In this document: in pieces, positions 1 through 13,500 of the stretch
How the letters are laid out: every line of letters starts with the position of its first letter
Numbering within the stretch: the first letter of the stretch is position 1
Origin: Centroscyllium fabricii
Taxonomy: Eukaryota
Length of the DNA stretch: 64,000 nt
NCBI GenBank assembly: GCA_051313645.2
Contig: JBNRSN020000010.1
Location: forward strand, 96,472,001 to 96,536,000
Direction: 5' to 3'
Translations under genes and position numbers: made by a program
The notes under the pieces: generated by a model
Told to the model about the DNA's origin: nothing
What the model saw: only the letters and a program-made list of their open reading frames with translations
Database searches by the model: none

Positions 1-345
1 TCCCTGGAGACTACAAAGACACCGAATTTGAAGTTCTGTAAAACTTAAATTAAATCAATCACTCCCACTAATTATATTACATTTATTGATTTAACAGAGA
101 CCCTAGAAACTAGAAACTCTATTAGGAAAGTAGAGAAAGATATTAGGAAAGTAGAGAAAGAAAATAAAGTAAAATACTCACCAGCCAATCACTTACCCGC
201 CTTCTGGTGACGTCACACTAAGAATACTTTGTTTCCTCCCTGGAACCTGAATTGGTACGCCTCGCCTCGCTCCTCCTTTTGTAGCCGCCTCTCGGTCCTG
301 AGATCCCGCTCTCCGCGCTGGTCTCGGGCCTCGCCTCGCTCTGCT
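1..345 (-). mobile_element. Probable 5' UTR of a CR1-type LINE running off the window start
   Basis: Homologous to 38815-39125 (ccctagaaact, tactcaccagccaatcacttacc, gtgacgtcacac, gaattggt.c.cctc), which is joined to a CR1 3' end. Contains a 21-bp tandem duplication at 120-161. Confidence 0.55.
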
Positions 346-449
346 AGACGACCCCAGCCAGTGTACCCAGAAGGGTCCATAATATGATAAAGTTGAATTG
401 TGCCATTTGGTGGTCAGAAAGGATTCATCTTAAGCAACCATGTGCTCAG

Positions 450-518
450 CAATGTTCCCCCTAATTTTATTTCGGGTGTACGGCCCCTTTAAGGCCACAC
501 AGCTTAGATGGAATGTTG
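450..518. mobile_element. Tiny degenerate hAT-like MITE
   Basis: Ends caatgttccc / ggaatgttg, imperfect 8-bp TSD gtgctcag/gggatcag; same termini as 58641-58786. Confidence 0.4.
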
Positions 519-1807
519 GGGATCAGCCTGAAAGATGTTTTAATAAAGCTTGAGAGATTCTGCAAACGGCCTCCCAAAGAGGAGTTGTTGTTTAGATCGG
601 CTACAACCCTTTACAGAATGTCAGAACTGGGATGGGAATGGAAGATTTAAACTTCCAGACCATAATGAAATCAGAAGAAATTGTTGAAGTGTGGAGAAAA
701 TGGAAACTACACTTCAAATATGCACAATAGCTGCAGACTTGGGAGACAAAACAAATAAAATACAGGCCAGTACTTTACAATGTGATAGATGAGGAAACAG
801 AGTGTATATGGTGAGGGCGATTATAAATGGAAGGTATTAATGGGTACGTTTAGAGAATATTTCACCTATCACAGAAATATAACTTGCAAAGGTCATATGT
901 TTAATACCAGCTGCCGAGCTGAGGGATGGGTGGGGGGAATTAATCATGTAATAGCTTTATAGAAATAGTCCATATCTTTTGAGTAAGAACTCCTCAAACA
1001 GCTTCATTAAAGACGTCATTGTAATCTGTATAATAAATGATTAAATTCGAGGCAGTTTACTAGAAGAGTAAAATGCAATTGATATTTGCATGGCTGTAGA
1101 TGCCAACAAATGCAGCTTACAACAACTATGTAGTACTGGTAGTGCTATAAGTAATGTGAGTGAAGGAGATATGTCACTTCATACACAAGCTAATTCTAGC
1201 TGATTTACAGATTGTAAATACTTTGGTAAAGCGCACGCAACAACCAGCATTCAACAAACTATATGATTTTATTAAAATCAAATTAAAAAAATGAACCCGA
1301 AGTATGCAAAACCATTCTCATCTGGTTCGATGAAGCTGATAAAATGTGGTATGAACATAAAGACACATACCACAGTCTAGAGTTTCAAATTATGGTACAG
1401 CTAGTATAGTAGTTCTTGAACTTAAAACATGCCAGTTTGGGTGTTTGATCAAAAGAATTGATACAATCACTAACAATAAATGGTTAATGTGACACACAAA
1501 AATTTGCTGACATATTTAAAGTTTTGCGATGTATAGCAGGAAAACAGAATATACGACTATGCCAGATGTGCAACCAGTCATATGTCTGCCAAGGAATGTT
1601 CTAGTTGCACTTTGTGGCAAAGTTTGAGATGATCTAGATAGAAAAAAGAAACTTTAGGTAATAAAGGAAGTCAAAGAACCAAACCCAAATAGGAAGATAA
1701 CTTGCAGCTTGTACTGTTTGGGTGCAAAACATTCTGCCAGTAGGTGTATGCAAGAAACCTGGTGGTGGAGACTGATCATAAACCTCAACACTGTCATGAA
1801 AAAACTG

Positions 1808-1983
1808 TAAGAAGTCGCACAACACCAGGTTATGGTCCAACAGTTTTATTTGAAATCACAAGCTTTCAGAGCGTTGCAACGCTCCGAAAGCTTGTGATTT
1901 CAAATAAAACTGTTGGACTATAACCTGGTGTTGTGTGACTTCTTACATTTGTCCACCCCAGTCCAACACCGGCACCTCCACAT
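1808..1983. mobile_element. Fold-back mini-insertion of the terminus of a Penelope-like element
   Basis: About 70-bp inverted arms centred on gagcgttgcaacgctc; same sequence as the ends of 51183-55877; near-identical flanking duplication tcatgaaaaa(a/g)ctg. Confidence 0.8.
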
Positions 1984-2309
1984 CATGAAAAAGCTGCTCA
2001 ATGAAACCCCACAAAGACTAGAGTACGCTATGTAAGTTGGAAAAGTAGTTTGACACAGAATACAAGAAAGGCACAGAGCTGTATTTACCCAATGTATTGT
2101 GACAACAGATTTTAAAGATGATCAAGTAACTGTGTGCATGACGCCCTGTCTCCTGTCTGAAGCAAGACTAGGTGAGATTAAACTTTAATGAAAAGTATAT
2201 TAAAGGCACCAAGGAATTGTAATGTCAAAAGGTTACGAGAGATGGATGTTCTTGCTTGGTATGTCAGTATAAATTGCAGATGTGATTTGCTGATGGCCAT
2301 CATTACACT

Positions 2310-2630
2310 ACATAGAATTTACAGCATAAAACTAATCATTCAGCCCAATAGGTTTATGCTGGTGTTTATGCTCCACATGAGTCTCCTCCCATTTTATTTC
2401 ATCTCACTCATCCCATATCCTTCTATTCCTTTTTCCCTCATGTACTTGTCTAGCTTCCCCTAAAATGGATCTGTGCTATTTGCCTCAACCACTCCATGTG
2501 GTGCAAGTTCCAGTCTCACCACTCTCTGAGTAAAGAAGTTGTTCCTGAATTCCTTATTGGATTTATTGGTAACTATCTTGCATTTATGGCCCCTAGTTTT
2601 GGACTCCCCCACAAGTGAAAACATGGAACG
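2310..2630 (-). mobile_element. CR1 LINE 3' fragment
   Basis: Minus strand encodes [37 protein letters not shown], followed by a CR1-type tail. Confidence 0.8.
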
Positions 2631-2729
2631 CATATGAAAAGTGCACAAAGAACCAATGAAAACTCAATGTTTCATGATAATCTTGGCAGAAAGTTGGGAC
2701 TGATTTATTTGAACTTGATTCAAATTAAT

Positions 2730-3497
2730 GGGCCAGAAATTCCAGTCTGCCCATATTGGGTTTAAGCTCTGGTGCGAGCGCACCAGAGCTTAAATCCGCA
2801 GGAAGCAGCCGGTAGCGCAGCTTCGGGTTTTCCTATGCCGGCCAGCGGGGGGGGGGGTTGGAGTTCCTGCGAGGTCCAGCGCAGGAAGCAGCGAACTACG
2901 GGTGCGTCCAGACATTCTGATATTTTTTTTAAGTTTTTCTACGGACCAAGACCAGGATTTTCTACGCTGGGAAAAAGCAGTCGTAAGTAGCCGTTTTTAT
3001 CTGGTAAGTGTGTATTTTATTGATTTTAATTGTTGTTTTTTCAGGTTTGTAATTGTTGATAACTTTAAAGACAGGTAAGTATTTTTTTAGACCTGTTGGA
3101 AGTTGAAAAATGTTTCTGTAAATCTTTATTTTTTCTTTAAAATAGGTTATTTGTGTTAGTTGGGGTAATGTTAAAAAAATGTGGTGTTTGTAAAATTTTA
3201 TTTTTGTGTTCAGATGTCTTTTGGGCAATCTCTCCTTTCAGAACTCGCACAGATTTCTCAGTGGAAGTTTTGAACGGAGAATTGGCTCCACTGATTGGCT
3301 CCCTGCCAATCAGGTGGTCTCAAAAGCCATCTCGCACTAATTACGCCCTTCAGATGCCCATGAAACTCGCACGGAGCTCTGACAGGCTGGGCTAACTGCA
3401 ATTTCTGAGTGCAAAAAAGCAAACCTGAATATGGGCAGTTCAAGTGCGCTAAGCAGGTACTGCACCCGCACGAAGGCTCCACTGCAATTTCTGGGCC
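2730..3497. mobile_element. PIF/Harbinger-like MITE
   Basis: TIRs gggccagaaattccagt / actgcaatttctgggcc, 3-bp TSD aat; splits the Gypsy integrase remnant. Confidence 0.7.
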
Positions 3498-4167
3498 AAT
3501 ACTACTTAATGACATTTTTTGAACTTCAGTTAGCCAGTTCCAAGAGTTTAAATATGAATGTGCATTGCAACCAGCTGTTTATTAGATATGGTATCTCGGA
3601 AGAAATAGTTTCTTATAATTGGCCCAGTTAACAAGTATGGAATTCAGAAAATTCAGTGATGCCTACAGATTTAAACACAATCTTATCACCATGCTACTCG
3701 TAAACCACCGAGAAAGCTGAGCAGGCTATTCAAATTGCCAAGAAAGCAACCAGTTAAGACTCGCATTTAGCCCTGCTTGTTTACCAAGATGGTATGATGT
3801 TGCCAGCACTATTATTGATGGGATGGACTGTAAAACACAAACAATTCTTCCACCTCCAACATCTACTTTGACCAAATATTATCCAGGAGTTTCACAACAT
3901 CTCAACCACAATAAATGTAAGCAAACAATGTACAGCAATATGAATAAGGAGCGTGGCCTTTTAAAACCACTGCTACCAGGAGATACAGTGAGAGCACATT
4001 CAAAATAAATGGAAACGGGCAATTATTCTGCATAAGAGTGATTAACAAAGATTATAGAAAAGCAGACGATATAACAGAATTGATCACTTCAGAACATCTG
4101 AAAGGTTGAAGCTGGTATGAAAAGAGCTGACAAAAACCTAAAACAAACAAAACCTGAGATTGGAAAA

Positions 4168-4480
4168 CATAGAAACATAGAAGATAGGAGCAGGAGTAGG
4201 CCATTCGGCCCTTCGAGCCTGGTCCGCCATTCAATGATGGCTGATCATCCAAACCCAGCACCCTGTTCTTGCCTTCTCCCCATATCCCCCTCGAGCCTGC
4301 ACCGTCACATATCCCACCCTATGCCCGTAACCCCACATATTCAATCCCCCGAACACTAAGGGTCAATTTATCCTGGCCAATCAACCTAACCCGCACATCT
4401 TTGGACTGTGGGAGGAAACCGGAACACCCGGAGGAAACCCACGCAGACACGGGGAGAATGTGCAAACTCCACACAGATAG
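4168..4480 (-). mobile_element. HE1-like V-SINE, 5' truncated
   Basis: V-core (tgtgtggagtttgcacattctccccgtgtctgcgtgggtttcctcc) plus CR1-type tail ending (ttctatgt)n. Confidence 0.85.
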
Positions 4481-7327
4481 AAAGGAGTGCACTGGAATGG
4501 AGGTACTCAACCAGAATACAAAAAATTATATGATGAAATATAATAATCTTGTATAATTTTATGTTCATTTGAATTGCATTTTGTTTTAAGTTGCCTCAAA
4601 TGAAGTAAAATGTAAAGGTAAGTTATGTAGGACCATCTAGTCAGAGATTCGATTGACATTAAAAACAACATATGCCCAGCCCTGAAGCAGACGTTTTTAG
4701 TAAAGCTTGAGACATGCTGCAATCTGTCTTCTGAGGAGCTGTTCAAATCGCCGACAAAATTTTACAGGATTCACCTGATAATTTTTCTTTTTTTGCACAA
4801 GCATCTCAGAATTGAAACCCTTTGTTGGTGAGGAGAAAGAAGACCACAGTGAGCACCTCAAGCAGCCCACAATGGAAATCTTTTGTCAGGGAGGAGGAAG
4901 ACCACCACAATAAGCACCTCAAGGATGGCATATTTGACCAAAGTTTCCGCTTTACAGAAGCCACCAATTTAGATAGCTCAAAATCTGAATATACGCTGAT
5001 TCGTAGAACCCTTCATGCAGTGCATGCATCGATCACCGCCAGTAGCTTTCATACAGTTTGTTTTACCTGCTTTCCTGTGGGCTGCGGTCGTATCTGTGCT
5101 GTAATCATTGAGATCAGTCCTCACAACAGATCAAGGAGTGATCAGAACCATTTTATAGTGACTCAGTTGAAGATTGGCGGGGTGGCCTTACAGGTTTTTT
5201 TTTCCCGGCATAGGAAGCTCACTATGCACAATACAAATCTTGAATGTCCAGCTGAAGTATGGTTGCATTTAATTTTACAAATATAGCTTCAAGGATCCAG
5301 CTAGGTCAGATGTGGCAAGGCTCACTGGACAAATACTATTTCTCATCAAAGCAGACTGCTGTGCTACAGCAGCAGTTTACATCTTGGACTTGCTGAGGTC
5401 TATCACATTTGCTTTGCAGCATGGTATGGATTAATCTAGTGTCACACCATTCGAGTAACAGCAGCATTGACTGCAAATGCTTTTGCCAAGAACAGCATAT
5501 TTGATGCCTAGATCAAAACATTACTGCAAGTTTCATGGGAAATTGCACAAAAAAACTTCCAACGGCCCAGTTAAGTGTTTCTCATTCAGCTGATGGGCTA
5601 TTGACCATCCCAATATAGTATCAGCCCTTTTGTAAGGCTTCTGAGCTCTAGCATAAAATGGCCCATTGCTTGGGCCTGTGATCGACACCAAGCAGACCTA
5701 TGCTAAAAGGCTTTCACCACAGTTCCTTTTGTGGTTTCAACCATCTTCCAGTCTCCCAGCAATGACTTGAGGGATATTCCATAACTACATTGTTGACATT
5801 AGTTTCAGCATGTACAATTAGTAAACTACAACCCCTTATTCTAGATCAGCCTTATGGTTGATTTTGGAATTCTGATTAGGTGGTTTTTAGAACTCAAAGT
5901 TCCTACCAAACATTTCCCAGGTTTAGTTGGGTCCATTGCTTTTATCTACACCAATCTGAAGGAAGATATCATTTTCATCATTTTAAAAACTCGTACAGCA
6001 TCAGGTTACTGTTTATCTCATACAAAGCAATTTCATAAATCTCGACTATGCATTTGTTTGCTACGATCCAATCGATGCTGGTGACTGAACAGTAGATATC
6101 TAAATAGAGGCTTGCGTGCTTTCTATGCAAGCATAGGTTAAAGGTCATTCCACTGCTGCTTCTAGAGCACTTGTGTCAGGTTCTGATTGATATTTCCAAA
6201 GCTACTACGTAGAGTAATACACACACAGTCTAGATTTGAGTGCTGCTTGCAGTTATATCTTTGTTAGATCTGTGGTGGCAAATGCCGTTATGGCTGCTCT
6301 GCAGGGGACTACCATCATCCCTGAATTGGCATTACTTTGGTATACTCATATGGTATTGTTCCCTTTGTTCAGTCTTCATTTAAAAATAATATGCACCTTC
6401 CAAATGATCAGACTGAACCGTTTCCTCTAGCCTTGTGATGGTATAGGTCTTGGGATTTGCTAGTTAGTTTCTGTTTGTTTGCGTTCAGGTCAAAATGAAC
6501 TGGCACAATGCTACAGTTCCTGGTGCTTTATAGGATATGTGAACAGGACACCATGTGCAACACCGTAGATTTATTTTACACGGATGCGGAGGTGCATTTT
6601 ATGGCAAATATTTTCTCCAAATACAGTCCATGTATCTATTTAGTCAGTTTCGTAGAGGTTTAATCGTTCAGTTCATTACAAATTTTCTGTAGCAGAAATT
6701 AAGGAAACTCTTATTATATAAATTGGTTTAGGAAATGTGATTTTTTTTCAAATCTGCTAGCCTAAAACTTCACTCAATTTCTAGGTAAGTGTTTTGTATC
6801 TGCTTCTCTGTTTAGCTCAACATATGGAACTGTTCTCAGTGATATTCTGAGCTGCCTATGTGTCAGTATGTAGCTGGTTTTCTAAAGGCTTTCTGCTTGA
6901 ACAATCGTATTCTTCATGTCGTTCCCCTCATTTGCTTCTCGTCCCACCTTCACCACCCCCCTCCCCCAAAAAATTATCTAGTTGACTGGAATAAGGAAAC
7001 AAAAGAAAGTAAAGAATTTAGTTAAAATATTGCTGACCATTTTTGAGAATGCTGGTTGGACTGGCAGAATGAACATCTGTTTGTTCAGAATATCAGCTGA
7101 GCTCTTTGGTTTATTTTTGTCCGAGTTTTGGTTCTATAAAAGCAAAATTAACATTTTGTAAATATTTTTGCATTAATTTTTAGTTTCTACTTTTCTAGAG
7201 ATGCAAGCGAAAGTTTTGGCTGCTCCTTTAAATGATTTGCACAACCTTCTCAATCATGCTTCCCCAGGATTTCATTTTGCTTAAAACGGGGGTTCATAAT
7301 AGTCGTCATTTTTTGGTTCTGTTCTAG

Positions 7328-7501
7328 GCTTTAGCTTTGGCAGTGAAACCATTTCTACCATATACACTGAAGCAGATCCAGGACCACCACGACAAACTGC
7401 TGAGGAGCAAGAGTTGGCGAGTTTAACTGCTATGCACATTGATTCCGAAACTAGTAGCCTCAATCTGCAGACCACTTCTGCTGACACAGTTACAATCACA
7501 G
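7328..7501 (+). CDS. RALGAPA1: RALGAPA1 exon (174 bp, phase 1-1)
   Basis: ttctag|gc...acag|gtttgt; [58 protein letters not shown]. Confidence 0.88.
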
Positions 7502-10500
7502 GTTTGTTGTGCTTACTGAGGAAAGGTCAAAGTCAGCTGTTGGCTTATTAACACAGTCCTCCTGTTCCTCTGCCTTATTGCCTCAATAAATTATACCAGC
7601 ACTGTTTCTTGCCCTTCTGGAAGCTGGATAAGTTGCATTTTTGTACAAAATAAGATACCGAATGCAACACATTTTAAAGAATATTTTGTTGGTAATTAAG
7701 TGGGACCGTATTTATCAAACATACAAACTAGCTAATAAGGCCCAAGATGGACTGCCGCACTTTTCCATTGAACGTGCGCACAATTTGTTCAATTTTCTGC
7801 ACTAGATTAAAAGAATAGTGTCTTGTGATAAATGCAATGTTATAAACTGCATTTCTCTTGAATAAAGTAGAATGGATTGAGAGATTTGTGCCAGAAAATT
7901 CCGTCAGTGAATAGACTTGAAATTGAAAGAAAATGAGAGCCTTAAAATAGAAATTGTCCTGCCAGTGTTTTGACTATTGTTCTCGGTTATATGCACAAAC
8001 TGTAGTCCAGCAGTTTTTATTTATCTAGCTTTAATATTTCATGTTTTTCATGGGTGATATTCTTTGTGTTTTATGGGTTATTACCAAGTGCTGCTATGTC
8101 ATCTATTCCCTTGTTTTCAATTTCAGTTTTTGTTTCCTATTGTACCCTCCTCAGTTACTATTTTTTAAATTTTTTCAGGCTCTGAGAGTGCTTCTCCAAC
8201 CCATTCAAATGCATGCTCAAGATCCCAGACGCCTTCTCCATCCACTTTGAATGCAGATCATGTGGAGCAAAAAGATTTACCGCTGGATGAAAAGCTGCAC
8301 CATTCAGTCTTGCAGACTCCAGATGACTTGGGTATTACTTGCACAGTTGCTTCATTTCAAATTGAATATGCAGCTTGTTCCAAACTTTTAATCTTGATCC
8401 CAGAAAGGAAACCGCTAATATGAGACACAATAAACAACATATATGTGACTGACCTTTGTACGAGCTGTTTGTGTGGTAAGATACTCAGGATGCTCAGTAA
8501 AGAAACTTATGTGATCAGGGCAAAAGGAGATGGTGATGGGACAGGTTAAGAAACAAAGGGTAGCTCTACATGAAGTGTAAATTGCGCTGGCAGAATGAAA
8601 GACAGCTGCCATGTGGGAGAAAAGAAGCACAAACAAAAAGTGTGGATAAAAAATATATATATGATGGGGGCCGAGGTTATGATCTGAAATTGTTGAACTC
8701 TATGTTGAGTCCAGAACCCTGTAAAGTGCCTAATCAAAAGATGAGGTGCTGTTCCTTGAGCTTAAGCTGCGCTTCAGTGGAACAATGCAAGAGGCCGAGG
8801 ACGGTGAGGTCTGAGTGGGAGTGGAGCGGAGAATTAAAGTGACCGGCAACTGGAAGCTCAGGGTCCCTCTTATGGACTGAACGGAGGTGTTCCGCAAAGC
8901 ACTCCACTCACTTCCTCCAAATCAAAGGTGTTGCTTTGGGAACCCACATGGGTCCTTTTCGTGGGATATGTGGAACACTCTTTGTTCCAGTACTACTCAG
9001 GTCCCCTCCCTCGCCTCTTTTTCCGGTACATTGATAACTGTATCAGTGCCGTTTCCTGCTCTCTCCCTGAACTAGATAATTTCATCCACTTTGCTTCCAA
9101 TTTCCACCTTTCCCTCACCTTCACATGGCCCATTTCTGACTCTTAGCTTCCCATCCCTTCCTTGACTTCGCCATCTCTGGTGATAGGTTATTGACAAACA
9201 TTCACTACAAGCCCACTGACTCCCACAGCTACCTGGACTACACTTCCTCCCACTCCACCTCCTGTAAGGACTCTATTCCATTCTCCCAGTTTCTCCATCT
9301 CCGCTGCATCTGCTCTGACGATGCCACCTTCCATACCAGTGCTTCCGACATGTCTTCCTTTTTCTTCAACTGAGGATTCTCCTCTACTGTGGTTGACACG
9401 GTCCTTGACCGTGTCCGTTCTATCTCCCGCACTTCTGCCCTCACCCCTGCCCCTCCCTCCCGGAACCACGATAGAGTCCCCTTGTCCTCACCTTTTCACC
9501 ACACCAGCCTCCACATTCAACGGATCATCCTCCACCATTTCTGCCAACTCCAGCGTGATCCCACCATCAAACACATCTTCCCCTCACCTCCCCTTTCAGC
9601 ATTCTGAAGGGACCGCTCCCTCCGCGACACCCTGGTCAACTCCTCAATCACCTCTTCCCCATCGCCCAGCACCTTCCCGTGCAAGCGCAGGAGATGTTAC
9701 ACATGCCCTTACACCTCCCCCCTTCCCACTGTCCAGGGCCCCAAACACCCCTTCCAGGTGGAACAGCGATTTACTTGTACTTCTTGCAATTTAGTATACT
9801 GTATTCACTGCTCACTATGTGGTCTCCTCTACATTGGGGAGACCAAACGCAGATTGGGTGACCCCAAGCTTCCGGTCGCCTGTCACTTTAATTCTCCCCT
9901 CCACTCCCACTCCGACCTCACTATCCTCGGCCTCTTGCATTGTTCCGCTGAAGTTCAGCATAAGCTCAAGGAACAGCACCTCATCTTTCGATTAGGCACT
10001 TTACAGCCTTCTGGACTCAACATAGAATTCAACAATTTCAGATCATAACCTCAGCCCCCGTCATATATACTTTTTATCCACACTTTTTGTTTGTGCTTTT
10101 CTTTTCTCCCACATGGCAGCTGTCTTTTACTCTGCCAGTGCAATTTACACTTAATCTAGAGTCATCCTTTGTTTCTTAACCTGTCCCATTACCATCTCCA
10201 TTTGCCTTGAATATCTCTTAATGGTTCAGAAATTCGGGTCGGAGGCTTCCCGTGGGTGCAAGCCGCCGACCTGCACTGACCTAGCGCGCCGGCCGTTGTG
10301 CTGTGGGCCCGAGTGGGATTCCGATCCTGGGCCTGCTTCAACTGCCAGCGTGCAGTGCTTGCGTATCCCAGGGGTGCATTAGTTCGAAGCGTCCCCTGGG
10401 ATCACGTGTGCCATGGATAGCCAATGGTAGCAGGGAATGCCCATTCATAAATTTGACAGGAAAACCTGTCAAAACTATGAAAACAATTCAGCCCCAAAAC

Positions 10501-13500
10501 ATAACACACTTGAAATAACTAAAAAAAAAATCACATTTGTAAAATAACTATACATTACATAAAATAATTATTAAACAATAATTTTAATTTTTGGAAAAAA
10601 TAATTTGTTTCTATGAGGCTAAAAATAAACTTCCCTTTCTTTAAAGTATTTAAAAATAATAAACCTGTGGAATTTTTTATTTATTTATTTACTTAAGTCA
10701 CCACTTACCTTGTTAAAAGCAGGCCATGCACCTGCTTTTTAAACGCGCAGCTCCTGGAGTCATGCCCTCCTGGTGAAACCTGCTAAAAAAAAAAGGAAGT
10801 TCCAGGCGTATGCGCTGCCTCTCCGGCGGTGCACACGTTCAACCTGTGAACCCTGTCCTTTAAGGGAATGGAAGTTCCGGTTTCCCGTGCATGTGCAGTG
10901 CATGCACGAAACCGACACTTTCGTTGGGCCTACGCATGAGTACCCAGCGCGTACTCACCCATGTTGACCCAAATTTCTGGGCCAATGTCTTTTAACTGCT
11001 CCTGCCTTCTATCCTATCACAGACCTTCCCTTATTTCATCCCCTTCCCCCTTTACCAGCCCCTATACTTGATTAAAAATCTGTTTGATTTCCTGACTTCC
11101 AGTTCTGACGAAAAGTCATCGACCTGAAACATTAACTCTGTTTCTCTCTTCACAGATGCTGCCTGACCTGCTGAGTATCTCCAGCATTTCTATTTTCATT
11201 TCAGATTTCCAGCATCTGCAGTATTTTCTTTTTGTGTTGTGTGATCAGTTTTATTAAGTACAAGAACTTTATACAATTCCTATTGCGTTGGTGGCACTAT
11301 AGTTTCTGTATGGTGATATTTTCAAGAAATTAAAAATGTGATTTTATAGATCTTTATTTTATACATGTTTTGAGATTGAATTTAAACTTTAAAAATGTAA
11401 TACAAGTGCATATTGCCTGTTACTAACTATAAATGTTATATTGAGCAGAAAATAGTGAGTTTCCAAATGAAGATTGCAGTGTGATGGCAGGAGGGAGTCT
11501 CAAAGGATGGCATGAAGATGTTGCTACAGTTATGTGGCGACGAATGCTTGGCATTTTAGGAGATGTCAACTGCATTAAGGATCCTGAAATTCATGCACAA
11601 GTCTTTGACTATTTGTGTGAACTCTGGCAGAATTTGGCCAAGGTAAGCAGTTAACGTAAAATAAAAACAGAAAATGCTGGAAATACTCAACCGGTCAGGC
11701 AGCATCTGTGGAGAGAGAAACCGAGTTAACGATTCAGGTCGATGACCCTCCGTCAGAACTGGGAAAAGCTGGAGAACGAACAGGTTTTTAAGCAAGTGCA
11801 GGGGCAGGGAAAGGGGGGACTCAACATATAATTTAACAATTTCAAACCATAACCTCTGCCCTTATCTTTTTTTCCATTTTTTTTCTCTCTCATGACAGCT
11901 GTCTTTCATTCTGCCATTTACATTTCATCTGGAGTCATCTTTTGTTTCTTAACCTGTCCCATTACCATCATCTTTTGCCTTGCACCATCATCCCTTTTGT
12001 CTCTTAAACTCTCCTGCCTTCCATCCTGTCACAGACCTTCCCTTTTGTTCTTTCCTCCCCTCCCCCCTTGCCCTGCCCCTGCACTTGCTTAAAAATCTGT
12101 TCCATCTCCAACTTTTCCAGTTCTGACGAAGGATCATTGACCTGAAACGTTAACTCTGTTTCTCTCTCCACAGATGCTGCCTGACCTGCACATTTCCAGC
12201 ATTTTCTGTTTTTATTTCATATTTCCAGCATCTGCAGTATTTTGCTTTTGTATTAGTTTTAAAGCAGTTAACTTAATTTTGCTTGTAACGGTTAGCAGCG
12301 CTACTATGGAATCAACTTTCCACATATATGATTCTTGACATTTTGTGTCTACCCTGTATAAATACATAGAAAATGTATAGTGTATAGCAGTGATTTATGG
12401 ATGAAAAACTATAATAGGAGCCCAAAGTTGAGCAGGTTATGTGGTTTAATTTTGCAAAGGCAGGTTGCAGTGTAAATTCCTACAGCCCAAATGCCAGTTG
12501 AAGCAGTTGTCTGCCTGATTATTTTAATCACCAGTATTTAGTTTTCAGCTCTGATGGATGGAATAGGAGAAAGCAGAAACTACCTGAGCCAGAACCAGTT
12601 CAGGCTAAGCTTGGAACATAGATAAATAAAAGGTAGAGCGAAAAGGACGTGGAGCTGCAGCGGGTTGGGATAGCACTCTAATGGGCTGCTACAGAATCTG
12701 TACTGTCTTACGACATGACAGAAATGTGTTTGTGCTTTAATTGTGTCGTATTTGCCATGGACTGCACTTTGTTGTTGGTTACTCAGGCTTGTCACAGAAT
12801 CATGTGGAGGCATTACATGAAATCTGCCAAAATCTTTGTAACTGGGTGTGGCAGCTTTGCAGAAATAATCATGGCTGTATGGTAAACGTTTATCTTCACC
12901 TTCGGACAGATGACTGCTAATTCCGCACTCACTTTCTCGTCTAGTGAAAGCAAATACCAAGTGATACATTTTGGTCAATTGTTGCATTCGTGAAAAGTGC
13001 GTCCCATGTATGCGAAAGGTAGTATTGGGTTCAGCTACATACCATCACTCATCACGTCGGTGCAGGCTCGATAGGGATCGAGGGATATTGGGACAAGGCA
13101 GGGGCGGGGTGCTGGGTTTGGATGATCAGCCATGATCTCATTGAATGGCGGAGCAGGCTCGAAGGGCCGAATGTCCTGCTCCTATCTTCTATGTTTCTAT
13201 CACTGTCGTATCAGAGTATAGTTGGTGCGGTGTTGGCTGGCATTAAACCTTGATTTTATTCAAGCTTGTAAGTCTGTATTTTTTTTGTTGAGGCTTCAAA
13301 GTGTTATATAATGACCTAGAGATTTTGCTATATAATGGCTGCAATGATCGGCAAAAAGTGTTCCTTTCTGACTTTAGTCTTTGTTCGATTGAAGAACTTT
13401 CAGTCTGTTTATAACCTTGATGCAAACTTGGTGTCTAGGTGAGTAGTGACATCCTTGCATGTGGCTGTAAAAATGGCCTGAATAGGCTGAATGCTAAGCA

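Larger units (their letters stand above)
630..4165 (+). mobile_element. Old, degenerate Ty3/Gypsy internal region (gag-pro-RT-RNaseH-integrase remnants) interrupted by younger inserts
   Basis: Broken-frame motifs: gag WRKWKLHF, RT entry PVICLPRNV...VIKEVKEP, integrase WQKVGTDLFEL (about 2685), LFIRYGISEEIVS.N (about 3575), AEQAIQIAK, LKPLLPGDTVR; many stops and frameshifts. Confidence 0.75.
8519..11239 (+). mobile_element. Penelope-like element (RT plus GIY-YIG remnant) with inverted 5' copy of its 3' end
   Basis: [52 protein letters not shown]; 8519-8900 is the inverted copy of about 9850-10210; 9-bp TSD tgtgatcag (8510-8518, 11240-11248). Confidence 0.88.
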
